Assembly (NCBI GenBank): GCA_038231435.1
Contig: JBBRLJ010000024.1
Location: 1 to 64,000 of the forward strand
Source of the DNA: Planctomycetota bacterium
GTDB taxonomy: Bacteria > Planctomycetota > UBA11346
DNA: 64,000 nt
Direction: 5' to 3'
Every line of letters starts with the position of its first letter. The first letter of the stretch is position 1. The translations under genes and the position numbers were made by a program. Shown here piece after piece: positions 9,374 to 18,877 of this stretch. A model generated the notes under the pieces. That model searched no databases and was not told the DNA's origin. It saw only the letters and a program-made list of their open reading frames with translations.

Positions 9374-10330
9374 TCAGCGTTGTGACTTGACCCGCGTCGA
9401 CAGGCGCATCGACGGTTTGACGGCGCGCTTGCGGATCAGCAGCTCGGGATCCTTGATGGTCACGACGGTATAGGGCTCGACCGAATGGGTCAGCCAGACG
9501 TTGCCGCCGATCACGCTGTGATGGCCGATCTTGGTGTCGCCGCCGAGGATGGTGGCGCCCGGGTACACGGTGACCTTGTCTTCGAGATCCGGATGGCGCT
9601 TGTTGGTGGCGCCACGCTTGAGATCGCCGTTCTCCTCCTTGGCGCCGGTCGGATTCCACGCGCCGAGCGTGACGCCATGGTAAAGGACGCAGCTCTTGCC
9701 GATGGTGCAGGTCTCGCCGATGACGACTCCGGTGCCGTGATCGATGAAGAACGATTCGCCGATGGTGGCGCCGGGGTGGATGTCGATCCCGGTCAGGCTG
9801 TGGACGACCTCGGTCATCATGCGCGGCAGGATCGGCACGCCGGCGCGATACAGGCGGTGCGCGAAGCGCTGCACCGCCAGCGCCTCGATCGAGGGATAGC
9901 TGAGCACGATGGTCTCACGATCGACGGCGGCGGGATCGTTCTTGAAGGCGGCCTCGACATCGGTGGCGACGAGCTCGCGCACCGCGACCAGGCCCTCGAG
10001 CTGGTCGACCACCAGGGCGCGGGTGGTCTCGGCGAGGTGCGCGGGGGTCGCCTTGCCCGTGGCGCGCGCGGCGTAACGCACCGCCCGCGCGGTCTGCTCG
10101 AGCAGCAGCGCCTGCAGCTCCATCAGCTGGCTCAGCGTGTGGGTATCGAGCTGCGCGGTAGAGATCGGCTCGGCGGTGAAGAATCCGGGGAACAGCAGCG
10201 AGAGGATCTTGGTGCAGGCCTTGCCGACGCTCTCGCGATCGGGCAGGGCGTCCTGGTCGCCGTTGATGCCGGGCCCACGCTCGTAGGTGCCCTTGAGCTT
10301 GGCGGTGAGGCGTTCGAGAGGATTGCTCAT
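9374..10330 (-). CDS. cysE: Serine O-acetyltransferase (CysE/EpsC type)
   Basis: DPAA, TGIDIHPGATIG, FFIDHGTGVVIGET, KRHP; hexapeptide repeats. Confidence 0.93.
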   Translation of the reverse strand: MSNPLERLTAKLKGTYERGPGINGDQDALPDRESVGKACTKILSLLFPGFFTAEPISTAQLDTHTLSQLMELQALLLEQTARAVRYAARATGKATPAHLAETTRALVVDQLEGLVAVRELVATDVEAAFKNDPAAVDRETIVLSYPSIEALAVQRFAHRLYRAGVPILPRMMTEVVHSLTGIDIHPGATIGESFFIDHGTGVVIGETCTIGKSCVLYHGVTLGAWNPTGAKEENGDLKRGATNKRHPDLEDKVTVYPGATILGGDTKIGHHSVIGGNVWLTHSVEPYTVVTIKDPELLIRKRAVKPSMRLSTRVKSQR

Positions 10331-11334
10331 GGCGAGGCGACCTCGGCGGGAGCCGTGATGGACGAAGCGGAGGATGCCGTGGAAGAGGGCTTGGCGGTAT
10401 CGCCACTGGCGGGTTCGGCGCCTGAGTCGTGACTGGCAGGCGCGGGCTCTTCTGGAGTCGACTTCGTCTCCGCTTTGAAGTCCGTGCCTGGCTTGCTGTC
10501 TGGTTTCAGCTCGGTCTTGGATCCGCGCGGGAGCGAATTCGCATCGGACGTGTCGCCTGATTTCCCAACAGGCTTGCCGTCCGGCGTGGCCGCCTCGACG
10601 GGTTTCGGCAAGGCCTCGTCCTCGGTCGGCAGGGAGCGCAAGGGTTCTTCCGAGGCGTGTTGGACAGTGGCGGCATTGGCTGTCGCCGCGGCGAGGCGCT
10701 TCTCGTACAATGGCATGACCTCGCGCGCTCCGGCCTCGCGCGATTCGCGCGCCAGGCGCGCCGCGGTGGTGAAGGATTCCTTCGCGCCGGAGAAGTCCTT
10801 GTCGGCGAACTGGACGCAGCCGATGGTGTCGAAGATCGCCGGGTCACCCGCTTCAATGGCGGCGCGGCGCAGGCGGGTCACCAATGATTTAGCCAAGGTC
10901 TTTTCCTGCTCGCTCGGCACCGCGGTGCCGGTCGCCAGGATGTACGCGACGTCATTGTCGATCAGCGTGTCGATGTGCTCCTCGCCGGTGCCGACGTTGA
11001 CGAAGGCACGGAAGCGATGGCGGTAGCGGTAAGCGGCGGCCGCGGCGTCGGCGTACGAGGGGTAGTCCCTCGGCCTGATCAGCGCATGCAAGAGCAGGGC
11101 GAGGCGTTGACGCGCAATCGGATCGGCGCGGTTGATCCAGGTCGTCAGCTCGCTGACGTCGCCCTTATCGGCCTGCTCGATGGCGCGGCCCAGCACGGCG
11201 TCGTGCTGGATCATCACCATCAGGTCGTGCGACGGATCCTTCGGGTCCAACGCCAGGCGCACCGGATCCCGCAGGTAGCTCATCCCGAGCGCCATGAGCA
11301 GGAAGGTTACGAGCAGGATGAGGCTGTAGCGCAT
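10327..11334 (-). CDS. Membrane-anchored hypothetical protein with TPR-like helices and low-complexity tail
   Basis: N-terminal hydrophobic anchor, NDVAYILA...DTIGCVQF TPR-like pattern; ATGA overlap with cysE. Confidence 0.7.
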   Translation of the reverse strand: MRYSLILLVTFLLMALGMSYLRDPVRLALDPKDPSHDLMVMIQHDAVLGRAIEQADKGDVSELTTWINRADPIARQRLALLLHALIRPRDYPSYADAAAAAYRYRHRFRAFVNVGTGEEHIDTLIDNDVAYILATGTAVPSEQEKTLAKSLVTRLRRAAIEAGDPAIFDTIGCVQFADKDFSGAKESFTTAARLARESREAGAREVMPLYEKRLAAATANAATVQHASEEPLRSLPTEDEALPKPVEAATPDGKPVGKSGDTSDANSLPRGSKTELKPDSKPGTDFKAETKSTPEEPAPASHDSGAEPASGDTAKPSSTASSASSITAPAEVASP

Positions 11335-11424
11335 CGGTCGGCTATCGGTCGGCTGTTAGGTGGGGTATCGGTGGGCTATCGGTGGATCGGTGAAAGGCTT
11401 TTTGAGGTGCCGCGACGGTGGCGA

Positions 11425-12750
11425 TCAGGCATCCGCGATCGGCACGCCAGAGAGCGTCATGCTGCCCAGGATCGCGGCCAAGGCCAGGACGATGAGGATC
11501 AGCATGAACCCGATCACCCCGACCACGCGGTGGTGGCGTTCCGCCAGCCAGGGATCCTGGGCCACGCGATCGAGGAAGGCGACGCGTTCGGCGATGGTGT
11601 AGTGCCGCCAGCTCGGGGCATCCTCCGACTGGCCGGACAGATGCGCGACCGAGCGCAGGGCGGTCTGCATCGAGCTGTCGTCGCCGCAGAGCTCGGCCCC
11701 GGCGAGATCCGCCTGGCGCTCGCAGGCACGGCTCAGGTAGCCGAAGATCAGCCGCCATTTCACCGCCAGCAACAGGATGGTGGCGATGCCCTTCTGGACC
11801 GAGGGCGACACGGCGTGCATGCCCGGAAGATGACCGATCAGCGCGGTGGCCGGGCCGGCGAGCAGGAACGAGGTCAGCAGGGTTGCGATCGCGAACACCA
11901 GGTAGATCAGCAGATGGCGATGGCGCGCGTGGCCGAGCTCATGGCCGAGCACCGCCACCACCTGCGCGCGCGGGAAGTCCTTGAGCAGGTCGTCCGTGAA
12001 TAGCACGTAGCGGATGCGCGACAGCACGCCGATGACGGCGGCGTTGTAGACGCGTCCACCATCGGTCGGCCAGACGCGGATGCCGGCGACGCCCACGCCC
12101 ATGCGCTCACAGCATTGGGCGAGCAGATCGCGCATCTCGCCGGGGCCGATCGGCTGCGCGCGCCACAGGCGCACCAGCAGCGACGGCAGCAGCACCAGCA
12201 CGCTCAGGCTCAGCGCCAGCGAACCGATGATCATCGTCACCTGGAGCCCGACGTGGTCGATGAACCACGGCTGCAGTCCCGAACGCAAGGTCAGGTAGTT
12301 GCAGGCATCGAAGAGCGGCAGCACCACCACCATCGGCATCATGCCGAATCGCAGCTGATGCATGACCATGCCGTGGCGCGACCAGGGCGATGTCCCCAGC
12401 GAGCGCACGCTGATCGCCATGCACCACCAGTGGGCGATGAGCATCACCAGCCACGGCAGCAGCGCGGGCGTGTAGAAGATCTCGACGCGTCTGGTCCAGC
12501 CGAGACCGTAGCAGATGAAGGACAGCCAGCCGAGCATCAGCACGTGCGCGGCCATATCCCAGCGTTCGAGCCAGCGGCGATCACGCACGCGCGACAGCAG
12601 GCGCGCCACGCCTTCGCAGACCGCCATCCACACCGGCAGCGAGATTCCGAAGACCAGCGCCCATGAGCGCCACGGCAATGGAGCCTGGTTCACCGAGAGC
12701 GAGGTCTCGATGATCGCGAGGGCGAAGAGGAGCGGCAGCAGGCCGGACAT
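11425..12750 (-). CDS. M48 family (Ste24/HtpX-like) membrane zinc metalloprotease
   Basis: HELGH zinc motif, ERQAD, multiple TM helices. Confidence 0.92.
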   Translation of the reverse strand: MSGLLPLLFALAIIETSLSVNQAPLPWRSWALVFGISLPVWMAVCEGVARLLSRVRDRRWLERWDMAAHVLMLGWLSFICYGLGWTRRVEIFYTPALLPWLVMLIAHWWCMAISVRSLGTSPWSRHGMVMHQLRFGMMPMVVVLPLFDACNYLTLRSGLQPWFIDHVGLQVTMIIGSLALSLSVLVLLPSLLVRLWRAQPIGPGEMRDLLAQCCERMGVGVAGIRVWPTDGGRVYNAAVIGVLSRIRYVLFTDDLLKDFPRAQVVAVLGHELGHARHRHLLIYLVFAIATLLTSFLLAGPATALIGHLPGMHAVSPSVQKGIATILLLAVKWRLIFGYLSRACERQADLAGAELCGDDSSMQTALRSVAHLSGQSEDAPSWRHYTIAERVAFLDRVAQDPWLAERHHRVVGVIGFMLILIVLALAAILGSMTLSGVPIADA

Positions 12751-12970
12751 GCCTCGCCACCGTACCCGCGGGCGGGAAAACGGCGAGGGCTGTCGGTGGC
12801 CGACGCGCCGCTAGACCGGCACAATGCCGTCGTCGCCCGTTGCGGTCCGCTGGTCGCGGTCCTCATAAAGGATGCCGTCCTGGAAGACGGATGCCGGATA
12901 GGAGCGGGGGCGTGAGGAACGGAGCGCCACCGGGCCTTGTGCTGCGTCTCGCGCGGGGACATGCTCGGAT

Positions 12971-13597
12971 ATGCAGTCGCGCATCTCTACTACCGCCGCC
13001 GCGGCCCCCGCCGTCGATACCCCTGCCCATGGCGTACTGCGCGCCCTGGCGGCGCGCTCCGCGGCCACGGGACTCGAGGCGCGGGTTCCCGCCGCCGCGG
13101 CCGATGGACTGCGCGCGTGGCTCGCCGCCGAACTCGAGGGCGCCGGCGAGGCCCGTGGTCTGTCCGTTGAGGGTCTAGCCGTAGGTGCCGTCGGCAAGGA
13201 GGCCGGTGAGTGGCTCGATGCGCTCGGCTGGGTCGGCGTGCCGCTCGCGCGCTCCGGCGCGTTGACGTGGGGACGCGATCTGCGCCACGAGGCTGGTGCC
13301 GAGCGGCCGAGCGAGTCGGCGCCGACCGGCGCGGATCGCGTCCTGCTGCTGCCCGGGCCAGCTCGCCTGCGCGCGCTCGGCAGCCTCGAGCTGAAACCCG
13401 TGCGGGCATTCATCGCCGCGCGACTCGGCTGCCGGTTGCAGACCGCATCAGGCGTGCAGGTATTCCTGTGGGATGACCGCGCCCTGCTGGTGTCGTGCGC
13501 CGAGGTCCCGGTCGCTGGGTTCTTCCACGGCCCCGTAGCCGGCCAGCGCGCGACCATCGCCATCGATCCCGGTGGTTTCCAGGCGCTGCGCTGGTGA
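12971..13597 (+). CDS. Hypothetical protein
   Basis: Long ORF whose stop overlaps (GTGA) the next gene's start; no recognised motif. Confidence 0.55.
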   Translation: MQSRISTTAAAAPAVDTPAHGVLRALAARSAATGLEARVPAAAADGLRAWLAAELEGAGEARGLSVEGLAVGAVGKEAGEWLDALGWVGVPLARSGALTWGRDLRHEAGAERPSESAPTGADRVLLLPGPARLRALGSLELKPVRAFIAARLGCRLQTASGVQVFLWDDRALLVSCAEVPVAGFFHGPVAGQRATIAIDPGGFQALRW

Positions 13598-14286
13598 GCG
13601 CGTCGGTGCCCACGCCCCCGCCGGGCTCGTCACCGGGCTCACCATCGGCTTCATCACCGGGGTCGGCGCCAGCGCGCAAGGCCGCACTGCGCGCGCGCTA
13701 CCGACGGCTCCGCCGCGAGCTCGATCCCACGCTCGTCGCGACCGAGACCACGCGCGTCGTCGCGGCCTGCCTCGCCGTGCTGGGCCGCCGCCAGGGCGTG
13801 GTGCTCGCGAGCTACCTCGCGCTGGGCAACGAACTCGATGTGGACGCGCTGCACCGCGCCTGGTGGACGGGCGGCGGACAGGTGCTGGTGCCAAGCGTCG
13901 CCTCCACCGTTTCATCGCATTCCATCTCCACCTCCACCTCACCGTCAGCCGCCACGCTCACCTGGCACGATCTCACCGGCGACACCGTGTTGCGCCCGGG
14001 CGCCTTCGGCATCCGCGAGCCCGATCGCGCGTCCGCCCCGCCGGTGCCGTTGCCTGCCACCGCTGCGGTGATCGTACCCGGGGTGGCCTTCGCCGCCGAC
14101 GGCCGCCGTCTCGGCCAGGGCGCCGGCTATTACGATCGCGCGCTCGCCGCGCACCGCGGCCCGACCATCGGCGTCGGCTTTGCCTGCCAACGCTGCGAGG
14201 ACATCCCCATGGAGAGCCACGATCGGGTCCTCGACGCCGTCATCCTCGGCGGCGAGATCCTGCGCGCCCCGGGTGCGCGGCCCTGA
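13594..14286 (+). CDS. ygfA: 5-formyltetrahydrofolate cyclo-ligase
   Basis: RKAALR, FGIREP, IVPGVAF...GRRLGQGAGYYDR, HD motif. Confidence 0.92.
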   Translation: MSASVPTPPPGSSPGSPSASSPGSAPARKAALRARYRRLRRELDPTLVATETTRVVAACLAVLGRRQGVVLASYLALGNELDVDALHRAWWTGGGQVLVPSVASTVSSHSISTSTSPSAATLTWHDLTGDTVLRPGAFGIREPDRASAPPVPLPATAAVIVPGVAFAADGRRLGQGAGYYDRALAAHRGPTIGVGFACQRCEDIPMESHDRVLDAVILGGEILRAPGARP

Positions 14287-14315
14287 CCCGGCGTCGACCA
14301 CGCCGCCATCCAGGC

Positions 14316-14343
14316 TTGACCCCCGTGCCGCCCGATCTAGCTT
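14316..14343 (+). promoter_or_regulatory. Sigma70-like promoter of tRNA-Ser
   Basis: TTGACC-N16-TAGCTT about 25 nt upstream of the tRNA. Confidence 0.5.
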
Positions 14344-14367
14344 CGCCGCCCTAACTACGCTCGATCT

Positions 14368-14459
14368 GGAGACTTGGGAGAGCGGCTTAATCCAGGACAT
14401 TGCTAATGTCCCGAGGGAGTAAAATCCCTCCTCCGGTTCGAATCCGGAAGTCTCCGCCA
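14368..14459 (+). tRNA. tRNA-Ser (GCT)
   Basis: Acceptor GGAGACT/AGTCTCC, anticodon stem GGACA-TT-GCT-AA-TGTCC, long variable arm GAGGGA...TCCCTC, GGTTCGAATCC, G73-CCA. Confidence 0.95.
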
Positions 14460-14521
14460 TTTATAGAGTTACGCTCGATTAATAGACGCTGGCCACAGGC
14501 CGGCGAGCCCGCCTCGCCGAT

Positions 14522-15241
14522 TCAGAACGCGTAGCCCACCACCACCGCCGCGTGCACGCCGTGGCTGTCGAGCGTCAGTCGCGAGTTCTGACCGTTGCCG
14601 TAGTCGATGTCGATCTTGGACTGGCGAGCGAGGTAGCCGATCTCGGCGCCGAGCAGCAGGTGGTGCGCTACCCGCGTGTTCACGCCCAGGCGCACGCCTT
14701 CCTCGATGAGGTCGCCGCTGCCCTCGCCGCGCACCGCGCCGCCGCTGGTGTCGGGGCTCACCCACGACGCGCGCGCGATGCCCAGGCCGAACAGCGGGGC
14801 GATCTCGAGCAGGGTCTCGTGGGCCAGTGGCAGCGCATAGCCGACGCTGAAGAACGCTCCCGCGGTATCGAAGCCGAGGTTGCGGTAGGCTGGATCCGCT
14901 GGCGTCTGGTCGGGCTCGATGCGCATCGATGTCCATGCGCCGCCGAGGCTCCAGATCACGCCACCACGGGCGCCGAGCATGCCGCCGACGAACTCGAAGC
15001 GGCCGTCCTTGAGGCGTCGACGGGTGAGCGCGGTGGTGTAATCGCCGTCGGGCAGCGCCGAGCTGCCGTCGCTGCTGAAGTCATCGCGTACCTCGCGGGG
15101 CGCGGCGTCGGCGCCCAGGACCAGGCGCAGTTCAGCGAGCGGACGGTCGTCGGCTGCGCGCGCCGTCGCGAGGGGAAGCGCGACAGGTAGCGCGATGAGT
15201 AGCAGCGCGGCGACGGTGGCGGCAGCCAGGAATCGACGCAT
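14522..15241 (-). CDS. Outer-membrane beta-barrel protein
   Basis: Signal peptide, alternating amphipathic strands, C-terminal beta-signal VVVGYAF. Confidence 0.75.
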   Translation of the reverse strand: MRRFLAAATVAALLLIALPVALPLATARAADDRPLAELRLVLGADAAPREVRDDFSSDGSSALPDGDYTTALTRRRLKDGRFEFVGGMLGARGGVIWSLGGAWTSMRIEPDQTPADPAYRNLGFDTAGAFFSVGYALPLAHETLLEIAPLFGLGIARASWVSPDTSGGAVRGEGSGDLIEEGVRLGVNTRVAHHLLLGAEIGYLARQSKIDIDYGNGQNSRLTLDSHGVHAAVVVGYAF

Positions 15242-15404
15242 GCCGTACGATCGGCGGGCGTCCTTCACAGACCAAGCGCTGTTCCGGGAAACCATCTACG
15301 AACGTCGGGAAACGACATCGCCTCCCGTGGTGGCCGCGGGAGGCGATGTCGACGAGCGTTTGGAGGTCGCGATGAGCGACCCCCAAACCTCTGCGCGTTC
15401 GAGG

Positions 15405-16169
15405 CTACTTGGTCGCGGGCTTGGCGATCGGCGCCGAGGTCGGCAGCGCTTTGACGATGTCGGTGGCGGCGGTGTTGGTGGCCGGGTGTCCCCAGCCGCT
15501 CGGGCTCTTGCCGTCGACGATGTCGATCACCATGTTGTCGTCGCTGGTCGGGCTCACGCCTGCGGGGACGTGGTCGAGCCCGAGCGCGTGGCGCAGGCGC
15601 CAGGCGATGATGTGGTCGGCGACCGAACTGTCGCCGCTGAGTCCCAGTCCGCCGAGCAGCACGCCGTCGGCCGAGTACAGCGCCAAGCCGCCGCCGAAGA
15701 CGTTCACGCCGCCGATACGCTTGCCGACCATCGGATCCTTGTCGGTGCCGACGTCATCCTGCTTGCCGCCGTAGGCCGCCTGGGTGTCGACCGGATTGCT
15801 TTCCTGCAGGCCGAACAGGCTGCCGCCGGGCTGCACGGCGGTATAGAGCTGGGCGGTAGAGAGCGCCAGCTTGGGCAGGCTGAAGGCGTTGGCGGTATTG
15901 GCCTTCTGCGCCGAGATCACGCGGCTGCCCGGCCACTGGTCGCCGCGGCTCTCGCCCGAGAAGGCGATGACGCGCACGATGCCGTCGCGGTCGACGAGCG
16001 TCGCCCACATGTGCAGGCCGAAGCCGCCGTTCTGCTGCTTCTGCACTTCGCGCAGCGCCTTCTACACGGTGTCGTGATCGGGGAGGGTGGTGCTCGCGGC
16101 CCGGGCCGACGGCGAAATGAGGGCGGCGATGGCGAGAAGCGCGATCACGAGGACGAGGCGGATGGACAT
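15405..16169 (-). pseudogene. Secreted GlcG/HbpS-family heme-binding protein interrupted by one in-frame TAG (16062-16064)
   Basis: Signal peptide ORF MSIRLVLVIALL...DHDTV* continues in frame as KALREVQKQQNGGFGLHMWATLVDRDG...SAQKANTANAFS...FGGGLAL. Confidence 0.75.
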
Positions 16170-16423
16170 GCGGTGCTCCAGGAGAGGGGTGTGGACAAGG
16201 GTCGGGGCGGAGGATGAAACGCTCGCCGTGGTTGCAAAGCGATTTCGCGGCAGGTTGCGTCGCCGCGACGTGCCCGCCGGTAGGCTCGATGCGCGAGCGG
16301 CTCGGAGGTTGCAGGGATAATGGCGGATAGCGGCTAACGAAGAGGAACAGCGGATAGCGGATGGGGGACGGTTTCCGCCCGCCTCCGCCTTGCATAGCAC
16401 GGGGGCCGCCGTATCCCACGCAG

Positions 16424-16849
16424 ATGCGCGTGGTGTCGTCCCTCCTAGCGGCCCTGGTCCTGCTCGTCGCCTGCGCGGGTTGCGGCGGTGGCACCAAGGA
16501 TCCGTCGCTCGACCTGACGTTCTTCCTGCAGCCGGTGTCGTCGCCGGCGCTGCCGCTCGATGGCCAGCCCTACACCGTGTCGTGGACGATGTTCAACGCC
16601 GACGAGGTGAGCGAGACCGCGGTGAACATCCCGTGGCGGGTCAGCCGCGACGGCATCGACAACTTCGCCAGCGGCACGATCGGCTCGCTGCACAGCCGCG
16701 ACCGCGTAGACCTGTCGTTCACCGACAGCCAGGCCGGCGGCACCACGCACGTGTACGTGATCACCATCGACCCCGACAACACCATTCCCGAGCTCACCAA
16801 GCACAACAACAGCCGGGTGGTGACGGTGGTGGTCGCCGGCATCATCTGA
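16424..16849 (+). CDS. Lipoprotein with CARDB/Ig-like domain
   Basis: Lipobox-like LVACAGC; IDPDNTIPELTKHNN typical of CARDB ends. Confidence 0.7.
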   Translation: MRVVSSLLAALVLLVACAGCGGGTKDPSLDLTFFLQPVSSPALPLDGQPYTVSWTMFNADEVSETAVNIPWRVSRDGIDNFASGTIGSLHSRDRVDLSFTDSQAGGTTHVYVITIDPDNTIPELTKHNNSRVVTVVVAGII

Positions 16850-16992
16850 TCCCCGGAATGGCAGTCTAAGTCCCTTAAATTCAAGTCCTTGAGTAGTTTT
16901 GGAACGGACGAAAGGGGCGCGACCTTGAGAGGGTGGCGGACCATCACGGCCGCTTCAACCCGAGGGTTCGCCCCTCATTCTAGGAGTCTCAC

Positions 16993-17304
16993 ATGCGTAT
17001 CGCCCTCATCCTGGCCCTCACCCTCGCCGGCAGCTCGCTCTTCGCCGAAGCCGCCGCTCCGGGCGCCGCCAAGGAAGCCTCGGCCAAGCCCGCCGTCAAC
17101 ACCAACTGCGTCGCCTGCGGCAAGCCCGTCGATGCGAAGCTCGCGCCGATCGCCGGCAAGACCAAGGAAGGCAAGGAAGTCATGATGGGTTGCTGCAGCG
17201 AAGGCTGCGCCACCGAAGTGAAGAAGAATGCCGACCAGTACGCCGACGCCGCCGTCGCGAACAAGGCCTGGAAGAAGGACGAAGCCGCCAAGGCCGGCAA
17301 GTAA
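16993..17304 (+). CDS. Secreted YHS/TRASH-like metal-binding small protein
   Basis: AGGAG SD, signal peptide, NTNCVACGKPVD...GCCSEGC. Confidence 0.8.
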   Translation: MRIALILALTLAGSSLFAEAAAPGAAKEASAKPAVNTNCVACGKPVDAKLAPIAGKTKEGKEVMMGCCSEGCATEVKKNADQYADAAVANKAWKKDEAAKAGK

Positions 17305-17340
17305 GCCGCTGCCGATCGTTCACGATCGGTTCGGATTCCG

Positions 17341-17375
17341 AGACCTCCCCGGCTGTGCCGGGGAGGTCTTTTTTA
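17341..17375 (+). terminator. Rho-independent terminator
   Basis: AGACCTCCCCGGC-TGT-GCCGGGGAGGTCT followed by a T run. Confidence 0.85.
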
Positions 17376-17485
17376 TGGCTCGAGTCGCATCCGAGCGCTG
17401 GATTTCGCGGCGCACTCACGGCGGCGCGATTTCAAACGAGCCGAGGAGCCACGGCGCGATAGGTTTCCGCCCTGGAAGGAAGCCC

Positions 17486-18877
17486 ATGGAAGGACCCGTT
17501 CCCGACGCCGTGCCCGCCGATAGTCCGTCCACGGGGCCAGGCGTAGGATTTCCAGCCGCGGCGCCAGCGGCGTCGCCGGTTCCGGGCGGCAGAGGCAAGC
17601 GCGCCTTGCTGATCATCGGCGGCATCGTCGTGGTGATCGCCGTCATCGCGGCGGTCACCATGGCCAAGGGCCGTGGCCACGTCGGCACCGACGACGCCTT
17701 CATCGAAGGCCGTGTGGTGGCGCTCAGCGCGCAGGTCTCTGGCCAGGTGGCGTCGGTCGCGGTCGGTGACAACCAGCGCGTCGAGGCCGGCGCGGTGCTG
17801 GTCGAGATCGATCCGCAGCCGTTCGCGGCGAGGCTAGCCGAAGCCGAGGCCCAGTTGGCCTCGGCCGAGGCCAACGCCAAGGCGGCGAGGCTGAATGCCG
17901 AGCTCGGACGCGTCACCGTGGTCGCCGAGGCGAAGGAAGCCGCTGCCGCGGTGGATGCAGCCAAGGCCGGAGTGGACAACGCCATCGCCGGCCTGGCGGT
18001 GGCGCGCGGCCGCGGCGATCAGGCGGCGGCGCAGCTCACCGGCGTCAAGGCGCGGCAGGAGCTCGCGCGCGCGCAAGCCGCCGCCGCCGAGGCCGAGGCC
18101 AAGCAGGCGGGGCTCGACGTCGAACGCATCCGCGGCCTGGTCCCGCAGGGAGCGGCGGCGGCGTCGACGCTCGAGCATGCCGGCACCGCCGAGCGCTCGG
18201 CCGGCGCCCAGTACCAGGCGGCGCTGCAGCAGGCCGCGGTCGCGGACGCGGCGATCACCGACGCGCAGGCGGCGGTGAAAGCCGCGGGCGACGACGCTCT
18301 GCGCGCCGAAGCCCAGGTGTCGCAGGCGAAGGCGGCGGTAGCCCAGGCCGAGGCGCGCGCCCTCGCGCTCGCCGATACCGTGCGACGCGCTGGGGTGATC
18401 GCCGCGCAGGCCGAACTCGCCGACGCCGAGGCCGACCGCGCGCGTGCGGCGGTGGCGCAGGCGCGGCTGCAGCGCTCGTACACCACCCTGGTCGCCCCGG
18501 TCGCGGGCTGGGTCACGCGCAAGGCTGTCGAGTCCGGCGCGTACGTGCAGCCCGGGCAGACCCTCCTGGCGGTGGTGCCCGACGAGGTCTGGGTGATCGC
18601 GAACTTCAAGGAGACCCAGCTGCGTCGCATGCACCCAGGCCAGAGCGTGCGCATCTCGATCGACGCCTACAAGGATGTCGAGCTCCATGGCAAGATCGAC
18701 AGCATCCAGGCGGGCACCGGCTCGCGCTTCTCGCTGCTGCCTCCCGAGAATGCCACCGGCAACTACGTGAAGATCCTGCAGCGCGTCCCGGTGAAGATCG
18801 TCTTCGATCCCAAGCCCGACCCTGCGCTGCGGCTGGTGCCGGGGATGTCGGTGACGCCCGACGTGACGGTGGAATGA
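17486..18877 (+). CDS. emrA: HlyD/EmrA-family efflux membrane fusion protein
   Basis: TDDAFIEG, ANFKETQL, TGSRFSLLPPENATGNYVK..QRVPVKI; long coiled coil. Confidence 0.9.
   Translation: MEGPVPDAVPADSPSTGPGVGFPAAAPAASPVPGGRGKRALLIIGGIVVVIAVIAAVTMAKGRGHVGTDDAFIEGRVVALSAQVSGQVASVAVGDNQRVEAGAVLVEIDPQPFAARLAEAEAQLASAEANAKAARLNAELGRVTVVAEAKEAAAAVDAAKAGVDNAIAGLAVARGRGDQAAAQLTGVKARQELARAQAAAAEAEAKQAGLDVERIRGLVPQGAAAASTLEHAGTAERSAGAQYQAALQQAAVADAAITDAQAAVKAAGDDALRAEAQVSQAKAAVAQAEARALALADTVRRAGVIAAQAELADAEADRARAAVAQARLQRSYTTLVAPVAGWVTRKAVESGAYVQPGQTLLAVVPDEVWVIANFKETQLRRMHPGQSVRISIDAYKDVELHGKIDSIQAGTGSRFSLLPPENATGNYVKILQRVPVKIVFDPKPDPALRLVPGMSVTPDVTVE

Noticed and set aside
12760..13600. 6S RNA upstream of the ygfA-like gene; small minus-strand ORF ending at 12811
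   Set aside because: The upstream region is occupied by a coupled CDS and no long 6S-like rod was seen; the small ORF has no clear start or motif.
16062..16064. Genome-wide TAG reassignment
   Set aside because: TAG ends ruvB, argS, the porin and the sugar transferase at the expected C-termini.
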